From Bacteroidota bacterium (GTDB taxonomy: Bacteria > Bacteroidota > Bacteroidia > Bacteroidales > UBA1715), in NCBI GenBank assembly GCA_029266015.1, contig JAJUFK010000001.1, forward strand, positions 1 to 53,608: a stretch of 53,608 nt of DNA, given 5' to 3'. Below are positions 34,536 through 45,285 of the stretch, piece by piece. Under the pieces are notes generated by a model. The model was not told the origin of the DNA and ran no database searches. It saw only the letters and a list, made by a program, of their open reading frames with translations. The stretch's first letter is position 1. Every line of letters begins with the position of its first letter. A program made the translations under genes and the position numbers.

Positions 34536-35051
34536 ATGAAAACAAACAAAATGAATATTTCAATTATTGCTGCAATTGACGAAAATTATGGAATTGGTAA
34601 AAACAATGCGTTATTATGGCATTTACCTGCCGATCTCAAATTTTTTAAAGCAAAAACTACAGGTCATTCTATAATTATGGGACGTAATACATTTGAATCA
34701 ATAGGTGGTGGACGACCTTTACCCAACAGAACTACAATAATTATTACCAGAAATAGAGAATATTCAGCTCCTCAGGGGTGCATAATTGCTCATTCACTTG
34801 AACAAGCTCTTACTTTTTGCAGTAACGAAGATGAAGTATTTGTATGTGGAGGAGCTCAAATATATGAACTTGCACTACCTATAGCACATACTATGTATAT
34901 TACACATGTTCATACCCAATGCAATGCCGATACATTTTTCCCAAAATGGAATACTCATGATTGGATTACAATTTCTGAAAATGCATGTACTGCCGATGAA
35001 AAACACGCATTTGATTATACATTTGCGGAATATAGAAGAAAAAATCTTTAA
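34536..35051 (+). CDS. folA: dihydrofolate reductase
   Basis: 171 aa with ISIIAAIDENYGIGKNNALLWHLPADLKFFKAKT and IMGRNTFESIG. The alternative start at 34551 (MNISII...) aligns better with the classical DHFR N-terminus. Confidence 0.9.
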   Translation: MKTNKMNISIIAAIDENYGIGKNNALLWHLPADLKFFKAKTTGHSIIMGRNTFESIGGGRPLPNRTTIIITRNREYSAPQGCIIAHSLEQALTFCSNEDEVFVCGGAQIYELALPIAHTMYITHVHTQCNADTFFPKWNTHDWITISENACTADEKHAFDYTFAEYRRKNL

Positions 35052-35057
35052 CATAGT

Positions 35058-36140
35058 ATGGAACATAACAAAACATATATATGTTTTTTTAATAGTCACA
35101 AACCATGGGGAGGTGGCGAAAAATGGCATAGTGAAATAGCATCATATTTATTTTCAAAAAATCATAATGTTATAGTATGCGGCAACCCTCATGGTGCATT
35201 ATTACAATCTATAGATTCTACAATTCCTCAATATACAATAACATTACGTAATCTTAGTTTTTTAAATCCATTCAAATATGTAGCATGTTACAGAATGTTT
35301 AAAAAATATAGAGTTAAAACCGTAATATTGTGTTTACCAATTGATGTAAAAGTAGCAGGGATAGCAGCTAAATTAGCCGGAGTACAAAACATTGTTTACA
35401 GACGAGGTTGTGCCATTCCAATTAAAAATTCGTTTACAAATAGGTTTTTGTTTTCGCATATTATTACTCATATTATTGCCAATTCTGAAGCTACCAAACA
35501 ATCAATTACAGCATACAATTCAAACTTATTTCCACTCAATAAAATTACCGTATTGTATAATGGAATACCACAATGTAATATTGATAAAAAATATGAAACT
35601 ACTAACAAATCTATTACAATAGGTACTGCAGGAAGACTTGAGCCACAAAAAAATATGAATGCTGTGCTTACAATTGCTAAAGAAGTATTGAAATATACTA
35701 CAAACTTTGTAATTCGTATAGCAGGTGATGGAAGTTTGTACCAAACTCTTAAACAAGCCATACAAGACAAACGACTACAATCACATATTGAATTAGTTGG
35801 TTTTCAAAATAATATCAACGATTTTTATGCAACATTAGATATATTCATTCTTACATCGCATGGAGAAGGATTTGGATATGTAATGGCAGAAGCAATGCGT
35901 TACTCTATTCCGGTAATTGCCTATAATGTTAGCAGTTCACAAGAATTAATTACCGATAACTATAACGGTTTTTTAATTCCCAAAGATAACACCATACAAT
36001 TTGCTCAAAAAATTGTATATTTAATTGAAAATGAACAAGAACGACAAAAAATGGGAGCAAATGCTCGTGAATTTGTTCAGTCTCATTTTGATGCACAAAA
36101 TATATTTGAAAAAACAGAAGCGTTTATTACACAATTATAA
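35058..36140 (+). CDS. glycosyltransferase, GT4 (GT-B fold) family
   Basis: 360 aa with the C-terminal E-x7-E region (SHGEGFGYVMAEAMRYSIPVIA). Confidence 0.8.
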   Translation: MEHNKTYICFFNSHKPWGGGEKWHSEIASYLFSKNHNVIVCGNPHGALLQSIDSTIPQYTITLRNLSFLNPFKYVACYRMFKKYRVKTVILCLPIDVKVAGIAAKLAGVQNIVYRRGCAIPIKNSFTNRFLFSHIITHIIANSEATKQSITAYNSNLFPLNKITVLYNGIPQCNIDKKYETTNKSITIGTAGRLEPQKNMNAVLTIAKEVLKYTTNFVIRIAGDGSLYQTLKQAIQDKRLQSHIELVGFQNNINDFYATLDIFILTSHGEGFGYVMAEAMRYSIPVIAYNVSSSQELITDNYNGFLIPKDNTIQFAQKIVYLIENEQERQKMGANAREFVQSHFDAQNIFEKTEAFITQL

Positions 36141-36152
36141 TGCAAATTTGCC

Positions 36153-36920
36153 ATGCACAAATTATCGGTAGCAATTATAACATTTAACGAAGAAAAAAAC
36201 ATAGAACGATGCATACGTTCGGTACAAGATATTGCCGACGAAATAGTAGTAGTTGATTCATACTCAACAGATGCAACTGTTGAAATATGCAAAAAATTAA
36301 ATGTATCGTGCATATTGCATCCGTTTGAAGGTCATATTCAACAAAAGAATTATGCCCGTATGCTTTGTAAATATGACTTAGTTTTATCACTTGATGCCGA
36401 CGAAGCACTCTCAGACACCCTGAAAGCCAGCATACAAGCAATTAAACAGAATCACACTGCCGATGGATATACTTGTAACAGACTCAATCACTTTTGCAGC
36501 ACCCCCGTTCATCATTGCGGTTGGTATCCAGATATAAGTTTACGACTATGGAATCGAAACAAAGGTGAATGGGGCGGAAACAATCCACATGACAAATTTA
36601 TAATGCACCCAAACACTACTATCATTCATTTACAAGGCGATATATTGCATTATACCGTTCATACTGTAGAACAAGCAATAGCTCAAATAAACTCATTTTC
36701 TACAATTTCTGCACAATCAAAATATTCACAAGGAAAATCATCGTCTATTATAAAAATCGTTATATACCCACTATGGCGTTTCATACGAAACTATATACTT
36801 AAATTAGGATTTTTAGATGGACTTACCGGTTTTGTTATTAGCAAAAATGCGGCATATGCAGTATATCTTAAATACCTCAAACTTTATTATATACAAAAAA
36901 CTAACTCAAATAAGCAATAG
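36153..36920 (+). CDS. glycosyltransferase family 2 (LPS-core type)
   Basis: 255 aa with an N-terminal LSVAIITFNEEKNIERC...VVVDSYSTD...LDADE GT-A fold carrying a DxD motif. Confidence 0.85.
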   Translation: MHKLSVAIITFNEEKNIERCIRSVQDIADEIVVVDSYSTDATVEICKKLNVSCILHPFEGHIQQKNYARMLCKYDLVLSLDADEALSDTLKASIQAIKQNHTADGYTCNRLNHFCSTPVHHCGWYPDISLRLWNRNKGEWGGNNPHDKFIMHPNTTIIHLQGDILHYTVHTVEQAIAQINSFSTISAQSKYSQGKSSSIIKIVIYPLWRFIRNYILKLGFLDGLTGFVISKNAAYAVYLKYLKLYYIQKTNSNKQ

Positions 36921-36926
36921 TTACAC

Positions 36927-37913
36927 ATGAAAATATTATATATTAATTCAACCCATTCTGACTATTTGCAAGATATTTTGTATAGCGGACTGGTAAAAAT
37001 TCTTGGAACCAGGTCGGTAAAAACAGTTCCGTGGAACAAGCAATATTTATTGCCCGTAAAACAATATCCCAAAAATCTTGGTTATCAATCGGGAGAAACG
37101 TTGCAATATATACTTTCATGTATTCTTCCATTTCGGTATGATTGCGTAATTGTAGCAGCAGCAAAACCTGATGCATTTAAAACATATATACAAATTGCGC
37201 CTTCAATCCCCTCGCACATACCGATAATATTTATTGATGGAGGTGATTTTAGTAATGTTGGCGGCGATTTGGAACGAAAAAACTGTTATGAATTATACGA
37301 ACAAGCTCTTGCTATACGTGAATTCAATATCATTTTCAAAAGAGAAAAGCTCATTGACACATATTATCCTTCAAACGTTTTTGCATGTCCTTTTGCATTT
37401 AATTTAGATACAATCATACAAATTAGTTCTGTTAGCAAAACGTATGATGTTTCTTTTTGGGCTGTAAAATCAGACCCTATTAGAACACAAGCACTTACAC
37501 TAATTGCCGATTTATTTGATTGTGCACAAAACGGTACAACACTCAATCAAACATTTAAACAATACAAACGCAAAGGATTATTCTATTTAGAAGAATTGAA
37601 ACGATGTAAAATAGTTTTGAATTTTAGAGGTCGCGGGTGGGATACCCTTAGATATTGGGAAGTTCCTGCATTGGGAGTATGTATGATTTCTCAAAAACCA
37701 CAAATTGAAATACCAAATCCGTTTACCCACGGTGCAAATATTATATATTGCAATGACGATTTATCAAATCTTATAGAATTATGTGAATACTATCTGAAAC
37801 ATAATGACAAACGAGAACAAATAGCACAACAATCATATAATCATATAGCGGCCTACCATACCGATGTAAAACGTGCTACATATGTTCTTTCAATTATTCA
37901 AAAACATGTATAA
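36927..37913 (+). CDS. putative glycosyltransferase (CgeB-like GT1-type C-terminal domain)
   Basis: 328 aa. The C-terminal ...VLNFRGRGWDTLRYWEVPALGVCMISQKP... resembles the Glyco_trans_1_2 type. Assigned by eye and from context between glycosyltransferases. Confidence 0.5.
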   Translation: MKILYINSTHSDYLQDILYSGLVKILGTRSVKTVPWNKQYLLPVKQYPKNLGYQSGETLQYILSCILPFRYDCVIVAAAKPDAFKTYIQIAPSIPSHIPIIFIDGGDFSNVGGDLERKNCYELYEQALAIREFNIIFKREKLIDTYYPSNVFACPFAFNLDTIIQISSVSKTYDVSFWAVKSDPIRTQALTLIADLFDCAQNGTTLNQTFKQYKRKGLFYLEELKRCKIVLNFRGRGWDTLRYWEVPALGVCMISQKPQIEIPNPFTHGANIIYCNDDLSNLIELCEYYLKHNDKREQIAQQSYNHIAAYHTDVKRATYVLSIIQKHV

Positions 37914-37923
37914 CCGGTAGAGT

Positions 37924-38991
37924 ATGAATATAGTATTTACAGGCAATTATTCTTCTGAATATAATAGAACTGCAATTATTATAGAAGGTATTAAGCACAT
38001 ACCCGGCATTTCAATAATAGAATACCCAATTCAAAAAAATAATACATGTGATACTGCCAAGCTCAAAACAGTTTTAAATAGTGCCGATGTTGTATTTTTA
38101 CCATCATTTACTCACAATAGTGTACAATTTATTCGAAAGCATACTAACAAACCTATTTGCTTTGATCCTCTTATTTCTAAATATTTGACTAAAGTCTTTG
38201 ATTATAAACTGGTTTGGAAATATTCTCCGCGTGCTTTAAAAAATTTTTACAAGGACAAACGGGCATTTTCTGCCTGCGATTTTATGATTGCTGATACAGT
38301 TGCACACAAATCATATTATGCCCGCACATTTAAAATATCACACGAACGAATTTTTGTGTTACCTGTAGGAGTTAACACACATGATTTTGCACCTTGCACT
38401 ACACACAAACACTCAAACAATACATTCACAATAGGGTTTTATGGTGGATTTATTCCTTTACAAGGAGTTTCTAATATAATAGATGCGGCTCATATTTTAA
38501 AACAGAATGACAATGTACGATTTGAACTTGTAGGCAATGGTTTTGAATTTGAAGCTATGAAAAAGAAAGCTGCTACACTTGGGTTACACAATATTACATT
38601 TATGGGGTGGCAACCTTACAGCGATTTACCTGCAATTATTAATTCATGGGATATTTGTTTAGGTATTTTTGGAAATACCCAAAAAGCCGATTTAGTTATT
38701 CCAAATAAAATTTACCATTATGCAGCTATGCAAAAACCTATTATAAGTAAGCACAGCGAAGCTATACAAGAATTATTTACACATAATGAATCCATATTAT
38801 TATGTTCTACCCAACCCCACGATATAGCATCAAGCATTACCGAATTAGTAGAAAATCATGAAAAAAGAAATACATTAGGAATACATGCCTTACAAGTAGC
38901 CCAACAATATAACCACATACAAACAGCAACACAGTTTATACGCATCTTGGAGCAAGGATTAGAATATTTACAAGCTACAAAACATGAATAA
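37924..38991 (+). CDS. glycosyltransferase, GT4/GT1 (GT-B fold) family
   Basis: 355 aa with ...FYGGFIPLQGV...FELVGNG...ITFMGWQPY...IPNKIYHYAAMQKPIIS. Confidence 0.7.
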   Translation: MNIVFTGNYSSEYNRTAIIIEGIKHIPGISIIEYPIQKNNTCDTAKLKTVLNSADVVFLPSFTHNSVQFIRKHTNKPICFDPLISKYLTKVFDYKLVWKYSPRALKNFYKDKRAFSACDFMIADTVAHKSYYARTFKISHERIFVLPVGVNTHDFAPCTTHKHSNNTFTIGFYGGFIPLQGVSNIIDAAHILKQNDNVRFELVGNGFEFEAMKKKAATLGLHNITFMGWQPYSDLPAIINSWDICLGIFGNTQKADLVIPNKIYHYAAMQKPIISKHSEAIQELFTHNESILLCSTQPHDIASSITELVENHEKRNTLGIHALQVAQQYNHIQTATQFIRILEQGLEYLQATKHE

Positions 38992-40789
38992 CTCAACACC
39001 ATACGAACGTTGTAAAAACTTGGTAGGAATTTTACCAGAAAAACCTGGTGTATATCAGTTTTTTGACAAACATGACACGTTACTGTATGTGGGCAAAGCT
39101 AAAAATTTAAAAAAACGAGTAACATCATATTTTGTAAAAGAACATGAACATGCCAAAACACGGGTACTGGTAAGCAAAATACATTCTATACAACATATAG
39201 TGGTAAATAGTGAACAAGATGCTTTATTACTCGAAAATAATTTGATAAAAAAATATCGTCCTCGATACAATATAATGCTCAAAGATGACAAAACGTATCC
39301 GTGGATTGTAATTAAAAATGAACCGTTTCCTCGTGTTTTTCATACACGTACAATGATAAAAGACGGTTCTACATATTTTGGACCTTATGCAAATGTTCGC
39401 ATGTCTCGTTTTTTACTCGATATGATTTTTCAATTATACACTTTGCGAACATGTTCACTCAATTTAAGCAATACAGAAATAGCAAAAGGAAAATATAAAG
39501 TTTGCTTAGAATACCATATTAAAAATTGCAAAGGGCCATGCGTAGGTTTAGAAACCGAAGAAGCCTACAATCAAACTATAAACGATATCAAAAATATTTT
39601 ACGTGGAAATATACATGAAGTAATACAAGTTCTAACAAAAAAGATGAAACTTCATGCCGAAGCATTACAATTTGAAGAGGCAAAACAAATTAAAGAACAT
39701 ATAGATGCATTGGCACGATATCAAAGCAAATCTACCATTGTAAGCCCAAGTATTACCAATGTAGACGTATATTCTATAGAAGATGATATAGACGTAGCAT
39801 ATGTAAATTTTCTTAAGGTAGTAAACGGAGGTGTAATTCAAGTTCATACTATTGAAATTAAAAAGCAATTACACGAAACTCCCGAAGAATTACTTGGAAT
39901 GGCTATTACTGAAATTAGAGATAAGATTCCGAGTAATGCACACGAAATAATTGTTCCTTTTATGCCAGACTTTTTGTTAGAACATGTTACCTATACTATT
40001 CCGCAACGAGGCGACAAAAAACAATTACTTGATCTTTCGCAACGCAATGTAACCTACTATAAATTAGAAAAATTAAAACAACTTAAACGAGTTGATCCTG
40101 AACGACATAGCAATAGAATTTTAGAAACCATACAAAAAGATTTACGTCTTTCTGAACTACCCGTACACATGGAATGTTTTGACAATTCTAATATTCAAGG
40201 AGCATTTGCTGTTGCCGCCTGTGTAGTATTTAAAAATGCCAAACCAAGTAAACAAGATTACAGACATTTTAATATAAAAACTGTTGAAGGCCCCAATGAT
40301 TTTGCATCAATGGAGGAGGTTCTTACCAGACGATATACAAAATTAATTGCCGAAAATGAACCGTTACCCCAATTAGTAATAGTTGACGGAGGTAAAGGTC
40401 AATTAAGTTCTGCTGTAAAAGTATTTACTCAATTAGGTATTTTAGACAAAGTTAAACTCATAGGTATAGCTAAACGCTTAGAAGAAATATTTTTCCCCGG
40501 AGATTCTATACCATTATATTTAAACAAAACCAGCGAAACACTTAAGGTTATACAACACATGCGAGATGAAGCACATAGATTTGGAATAACACACCACCGA
40601 AATAAACGTTCAAAACATTTTATACAATCTGAATTAACTTCTATTCAAGGTATTGGCAGCATAATAGCTGAAAAACTTTTATCACACTTTAAATCTATAG
40701 AAGCAATAAAAAACGCTTCAGAAGAAGAATTAACCAAACTCATAGGAAAATCTAAAACTTCAGTTATTAAGGCATATTTTCATACCTAG
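38984..40789 (+). CDS. uvrC: excinuclease ABC subunit C
   Basis: 601 aa with the GIY-YIG domain (PGVYQFFDK...LLYVGKAKNLKKRVTSYF), a UVR domain, an endonuclease V-like domain and a C-terminal HhH. The start overlaps the preceding glycosyltransferase by 8 nt (ATGAATAA). Confidence 0.95.
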   Translation: MNNSTPYERCKNLVGILPEKPGVYQFFDKHDTLLYVGKAKNLKKRVTSYFVKEHEHAKTRVLVSKIHSIQHIVVNSEQDALLLENNLIKKYRPRYNIMLKDDKTYPWIVIKNEPFPRVFHTRTMIKDGSTYFGPYANVRMSRFLLDMIFQLYTLRTCSLNLSNTEIAKGKYKVCLEYHIKNCKGPCVGLETEEAYNQTINDIKNILRGNIHEVIQVLTKKMKLHAEALQFEEAKQIKEHIDALARYQSKSTIVSPSITNVDVYSIEDDIDVAYVNFLKVVNGGVIQVHTIEIKKQLHETPEELLGMAITEIRDKIPSNAHEIIVPFMPDFLLEHVTYTIPQRGDKKQLLDLSQRNVTYYKLEKLKQLKRVDPERHSNRILETIQKDLRLSELPVHMECFDNSNIQGAFAVAACVVFKNAKPSKQDYRHFNIKTVEGPNDFASMEEVLTRRYTKLIAENEPLPQLVIVDGGKGQLSSAVKVFTQLGILDKVKLIGIAKRLEEIFFPGDSIPLYLNKTSETLKVIQHMRDEAHRFGITHHRNKRSKHFIQSELTSIQGIGSIIAEKLLSHFKSIEAIKNASEEELTKLIGKSKTSVIKAYFHT

Positions 40790-40888
40790 TACTCTTTTTT
40801 CATCACATATTGTAATGAATTGGTTTTGTAGTAAAAAAATAGTAGTATTTGCATAAAAATCATATCTTTACAATAATAAATTATTACT

Positions 40889-43672
40889 ATGGCTCAAAAC
40901 AAATTATTTCTTATTGACGGTCATGCAATGTTGTACCGTTCTTATTTTGCATTTATTAAAAATCCACGCATCAACAGTAAAGGCGTTAACACATCAGGAA
41001 TATTTGGATTCGTAAATACATTGTTCGATGTAATTCAAACACAAAAACCAACTCATATTGGAGTAGTATTTGACCCAAAAGGTGACACATTTAGACACAC
41101 TATGTATAAGCTATACAAAGCAAATCGACAAGAAACGCCCGAAGATTTACGAGCATCTATTCCTCATGTTATGGAAATAATACAAGGCATGAATATTCCG
41201 GTAATTCAAATAGAAGGATATGAAGCAGATGATGTAATTGGCACACTGGCTAAACAAGCTGCAAAACAAGGATTTGAAGTATACATGGCAACTCCTGATA
41301 AAGACTATTGTCAGTTGGTTCAAGATAACATATATATATATAGGCCTCGCAGTTTTGGTGCAGGTATAGAAATATTAGGAGTACCCGAAGTGTTACAAAA
41401 ATTTGAAGTGTCATCCCCACAACAAGTAATAGATATACTTGGACTTTGGGGTGACAGCTCTGATAATGTTCCGGGAGCTCCGGGAATCGGTGAAAAAACA
41501 GCAAAATCACTTATAGCTCAATATGGTTCTATTGAAGGTATTTACCAACATATAGATGAATTAAAAGGGAAACAAAAAGAAAGTTTGCTTGCTAATAAGG
41601 AATTAGTAATGCTTTCTAAACAATTAGTAACCATAAAAATTGATGTTCCCATTGACTTTTCATCATACAATTTTGTAAAAGAAGATTTCAATGTTGGAAT
41701 TTTACAAGAAAAATTCAAAGAACTTGAATTTCGTACTCTTTTAGACAGACTTATACCGCAAAGAACTGTTCAAAACAATATAAAGCCGGCTCCTGCTCAA
41801 CAGTCTTTACAATTGGGTTTATTTGATGAACCATCAGAACAACCAGTATATGTATCATCGTATCAAACAATTAATACTGTTAATCATAGTTACTTTTTAG
41901 TAGATAATCAATCTCATATTCAAAAATTAATTCAAGAATTGCTACAACAAAAAGAATTTTGTTTTGATACCGAAACTACCTCTCTCAACACATTAGAAGC
42001 AGAACTATGTGGAATAGCTTTTTCATATGAAGCACACAAAGCCTATTATGTACCATTCCCCGAAAATAAACAAGAAGCTTTTGCTTTAGCACAACAATTT
42101 GCACCAGTATTTTCATCAAAATCATTGAAAATTGGACAAAATTTGAAATTTGATATGTCGGTTTTAGCCAATTACAACATAACAATTGCAGGACCGGTGT
42201 TTGATACTATGATTGCACACTATATAATACAACCCGAAGGAAGACATAAATTAGAATCTCTATCGGAACAATACCTGAATTATGAAATGGTAAAAATTGA
42301 AGAACTTATTGGTAAAAAAGGTAAAAATCAAGGTTCATTTCGTGATGTACCGCTTGAACAAGCAAAAGAATACGCCGGAGAAGACGCTGATATTACATTC
42401 CAATTATATCAATTACTTTCTAAAGAATTGAAACAAAAAAATCAATTAGAATTATGTGAAACCATAGAATTTCCATTAATAGAAGTATTGAATACTATGG
42501 AACGCAACGGAACTTGTATAGACTCTGTAGCTTTACAGGAATTTTCTGACATGCTGTCAACAGAATTGCAAAAAGTAGAAAAACAAATATACCAGTTAGC
42601 CGGAACCTCCTTTAATATAGGTTCACCAAAACAATTAGGTGAAATATTATTTGACACATTGGCAATAGTAGACAAAGCAAAAAAAACTAAAACAAAACAA
42701 TATGCAACCGGTGAAGATGTACTTGAAAAACTTTTAGATGCTCATCCTATTGTTCCTCTTATTTTAGAATACAGAGAATACAAAAAATTATTATCAACCT
42801 ATGTTGATGCGTTACCCCAATTGATTAACCCTCGAACAGGATTTATACACACATCGTTTAATCAGGCTGTTGTTGCTACCGGTCGATTGAGCTCTACAAA
42901 CCCGAATTTGCAGAATATTCCTATTAAAACTGCCAAAGGACGAGAAATCAGAAAAGCCTTTATTCCTTTACATAAAGAACATGTATTTATATCGGCTGAT
43001 TACTCACAAATAGAGTTGCGAGTAATAGCTCACATGAGTGGCGACAGCAATTTTATACAAGCTTTCAAAAATGGTGAAGATATACACTCTGCCACTGCAG
43101 CTAAAATATTTAATATTCCAATAACAGATGTTACCCAAGAACAACGCCGACAAGCTAAATCGGCAAATTTTGCCATTACATATGGTTCAAGTGCATTTGG
43201 GTTGTCACAAACGCTTTCTATTTCACGAAAAGATGCTCAATTTCTTATAGACGGATACTTTGCTGCTTATCCACAAGTAAAACAATTTATGGATTCACAA
43301 ATTCGTATAGCACAAGAAAAAGGATATGTAGAAACTATGTTTGGACGCCGCAGATATGTTCCCGATATTCATTCACAAAATGCTACTGTACGAGGTTTTG
43401 CTGAACGAAATGCTATAAATGCACCTATACAAGGTACTGCTGCCGACATTATGAAGATTGCCATGATTCGAATACATTCTATGATTCAAAAACAATCCTT
43501 ACAATCAAAACTCATAATGCAAGTACATGATGAGTTAAACTTTTCGGTTCCAATTTCTGAAGTTGACGCAATGAAAGAAATAATACGAATAGGAATGGAA
43601 CAAGCGGTAACACTTTCAGTTCCATTAATCGCCGATATTGGTGTAGGAAATAATTGGCTTGAAGCACATTAA
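40889..43672 (+). CDS. polA: DNA polymerase I
   Basis: 927 aa with a 5'-3' exonuclease domain (LIDGHAMLYRSYFA), a 3'-5' exonuclease domain (FDTETTSL) and polymerase motifs (ISADYSQIELRV, RRQAKSANFAITYG, MQVHDEL). Confidence 0.95.
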   Translation: MAQNKLFLIDGHAMLYRSYFAFIKNPRINSKGVNTSGIFGFVNTLFDVIQTQKPTHIGVVFDPKGDTFRHTMYKLYKANRQETPEDLRASIPHVMEIIQGMNIPVIQIEGYEADDVIGTLAKQAAKQGFEVYMATPDKDYCQLVQDNIYIYRPRSFGAGIEILGVPEVLQKFEVSSPQQVIDILGLWGDSSDNVPGAPGIGEKTAKSLIAQYGSIEGIYQHIDELKGKQKESLLANKELVMLSKQLVTIKIDVPIDFSSYNFVKEDFNVGILQEKFKELEFRTLLDRLIPQRTVQNNIKPAPAQQSLQLGLFDEPSEQPVYVSSYQTINTVNHSYFLVDNQSHIQKLIQELLQQKEFCFDTETTSLNTLEAELCGIAFSYEAHKAYYVPFPENKQEAFALAQQFAPVFSSKSLKIGQNLKFDMSVLANYNITIAGPVFDTMIAHYIIQPEGRHKLESLSEQYLNYEMVKIEELIGKKGKNQGSFRDVPLEQAKEYAGEDADITFQLYQLLSKELKQKNQLELCETIEFPLIEVLNTMERNGTCIDSVALQEFSDMLSTELQKVEKQIYQLAGTSFNIGSPKQLGEILFDTLAIVDKAKKTKTKQYATGEDVLEKLLDAHPIVPLILEYREYKKLLSTYVDALPQLINPRTGFIHTSFNQAVVATGRLSSTNPNLQNIPIKTAKGREIRKAFIPLHKEHVFISADYSQIELRVIAHMSGDSNFIQAFKNGEDIHSATAAKIFNIPITDVTQEQRRQAKSANFAITYGSSAFGLSQTLSISRKDAQFLIDGYFAAYPQVKQFMDSQIRIAQEKGYVETMFGRRRYVPDIHSQNATVRGFAERNAINAPIQGTAADIMKIAMIRIHSMIQKQSLQSKLIMQVHDELNFSVPISEVDAMKEIIRIGMEQAVTLSVPLIADIGVGNNWLEAH

Positions 43673-43750
43673 AAATTACTTTATATTAATTTACTAAAAT
43701 CAGTTATAAAAAATTTATGAGGGGATAGTGTATTTTTTACAATTTTATAC

Positions 43751-43758
43751 TATATTTG
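43751..43758 (+). promoter_or_regulatory. candidate -7 box TATATTTG for the GPH transporter-GH43 pair
   Basis: Exact consensus match, 56 nt upstream of the ATG at 43814. Confidence 0.35.
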
Positions 43759-43813
43759 ATTGAATTTTATTGTATCGTAGTAAAAACAAAACAATAATTA
43801 AAACTATACTTGT

Positions 43814-45262
43814 ATGAAATATTCCACAGAAAAACTCTCAATTTTTGAAAAAGTTGGATATAGTTTAGGTGATTTAGCAGCCAATTTGGTGTTTCAAACG
43901 CTAATTACATACTTAGCCTATTTTTATACTGATATTTATGGCTTGAACAATAATGACGCTTCTATTATTATTCTTATAGTAGGATTGGTAGCAGCATTTT
44001 TATTCAATCCATTGATAGGTGCTTTGGCTGACAGAACAAATTCAAGATGGGGAAAATTCAGACCATGGATTTTATTTACGGCTATTCCTATGGGAGTAGT
44101 TGCTTTATTGGCATTTACAACACCCGATTTTTCCTACAAAGGTAAGGTAATATACGCAACAATAACATATACATTATTGCTACTTCTATATGCAGGCAGT
44201 AATTTACCATACTCGGCATTAAGTGGAGTAATTACGGGCAATATGAGTGAACGCAACAGTATATCGGCTATACGATTTGTTGCTGTTATGTTTGCTCAAT
44301 TCTTTGTACAAGTATTTATGTTACCAATTATTGAATATGCAGGCAATGGAGATAAAGCTATTGGTATTGAGATAGTAATGACATGGTTAGCAATAATAGG
44401 AACAATTATGTTGCTTATTACATTTTTTAGTACACGTGAACGGGTTGTTCCCTCACAAGAACAAAAATCTACGTTTAAAGAGGACATTGTAGATTTAACT
44501 AAAAATAAACCTTGGATAATAATGCTAATACTTACTATTTTAATATTTATAACATTAGCCCTCAAAGGTGGTTCGTACGTATATTATTTCAATAATTATG
44601 TTGACAAACATGCATTATCACAATTTATACAACCAATAATTACAAGTATGCAAGCCATAGGTATTAACTTTTTTGGTTCAGATCCTGTTTCTGCAGGATT
44701 TGGATTATTCAATGCCGGCGGTATTATATGTATGTTAATAGGAATAGGTGTTTCAAAGAAACTTGCCGATATATATGGCAAACGTGATGTATTTGGTATA
44801 GCATTATTTATTTCTACACTTTTTATTATATTGTTTGTATTCTTTTCACCGCAAAACATATTTTTAATTTTCGGAGCGCAAATACTCCATGGATTTTTTT
44901 ACGGAATTACCATACCATTGTTATGGGCTATGATAGCCGATGTAGCCGATTATTCCGAATGGAAAAACAATAGACGAGCAACAGCAATTATTTTTTCTGC
45001 CATGATGGTAGGACTTAAATCAGGCTTATCTATTGGAGGAGCACTTGTTTCATGGATATTGGGGCAATACGGATATATCCATGCCGAAGCAGGTGAAACA
45101 ATATTACAACCCCAAACTGTTGCACATGGAGTTAAAATGATGGTTAGCATATATGCTGCTTTACCCTTTTTGATTTGTTGTGCATTATTGTTTTTTTATG
45201 AAATTAACAAAACAACTGAAATTCAAATTGAATCTGATTTAAAAAAGCGAAGAAACAACTAA
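43814..45262 (+). CDS. glycoside-pentoside-hexuronide (GPH):cation symporter, MFS
   Basis: 482 aa with 12 TM segments and GPH motifs GYSLGDLAANLVFQ and DRTNSRWGKFRPWIL. Confidence 0.85.
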   Translation: MKYSTEKLSIFEKVGYSLGDLAANLVFQTLITYLAYFYTDIYGLNNNDASIIILIVGLVAAFLFNPLIGALADRTNSRWGKFRPWILFTAIPMGVVALLAFTTPDFSYKGKVIYATITYTLLLLLYAGSNLPYSALSGVITGNMSERNSISAIRFVAVMFAQFFVQVFMLPIIEYAGNGDKAIGIEIVMTWLAIIGTIMLLITFFSTRERVVPSQEQKSTFKEDIVDLTKNKPWIIMLILTILIFITLALKGGSYVYYFNNYVDKHALSQFIQPIITSMQAIGINFFGSDPVSAGFGLFNAGGIICMLIGIGVSKKLADIYGKRDVFGIALFISTLFIILFVFFSPQNIFLIFGAQILHGFFYGITIPLLWAMIADVADYSEWKNNRRATAIIFSAMMVGLKSGLSIGGALVSWILGQYGYIHAEAGETILQPQTVAHGVKMMVSIYAALPFLICCALLFFYEINKTTEIQIESDLKKRRNN

Positions 45263-45285
45263 TTTATTATTAAAAACAAAGTATT

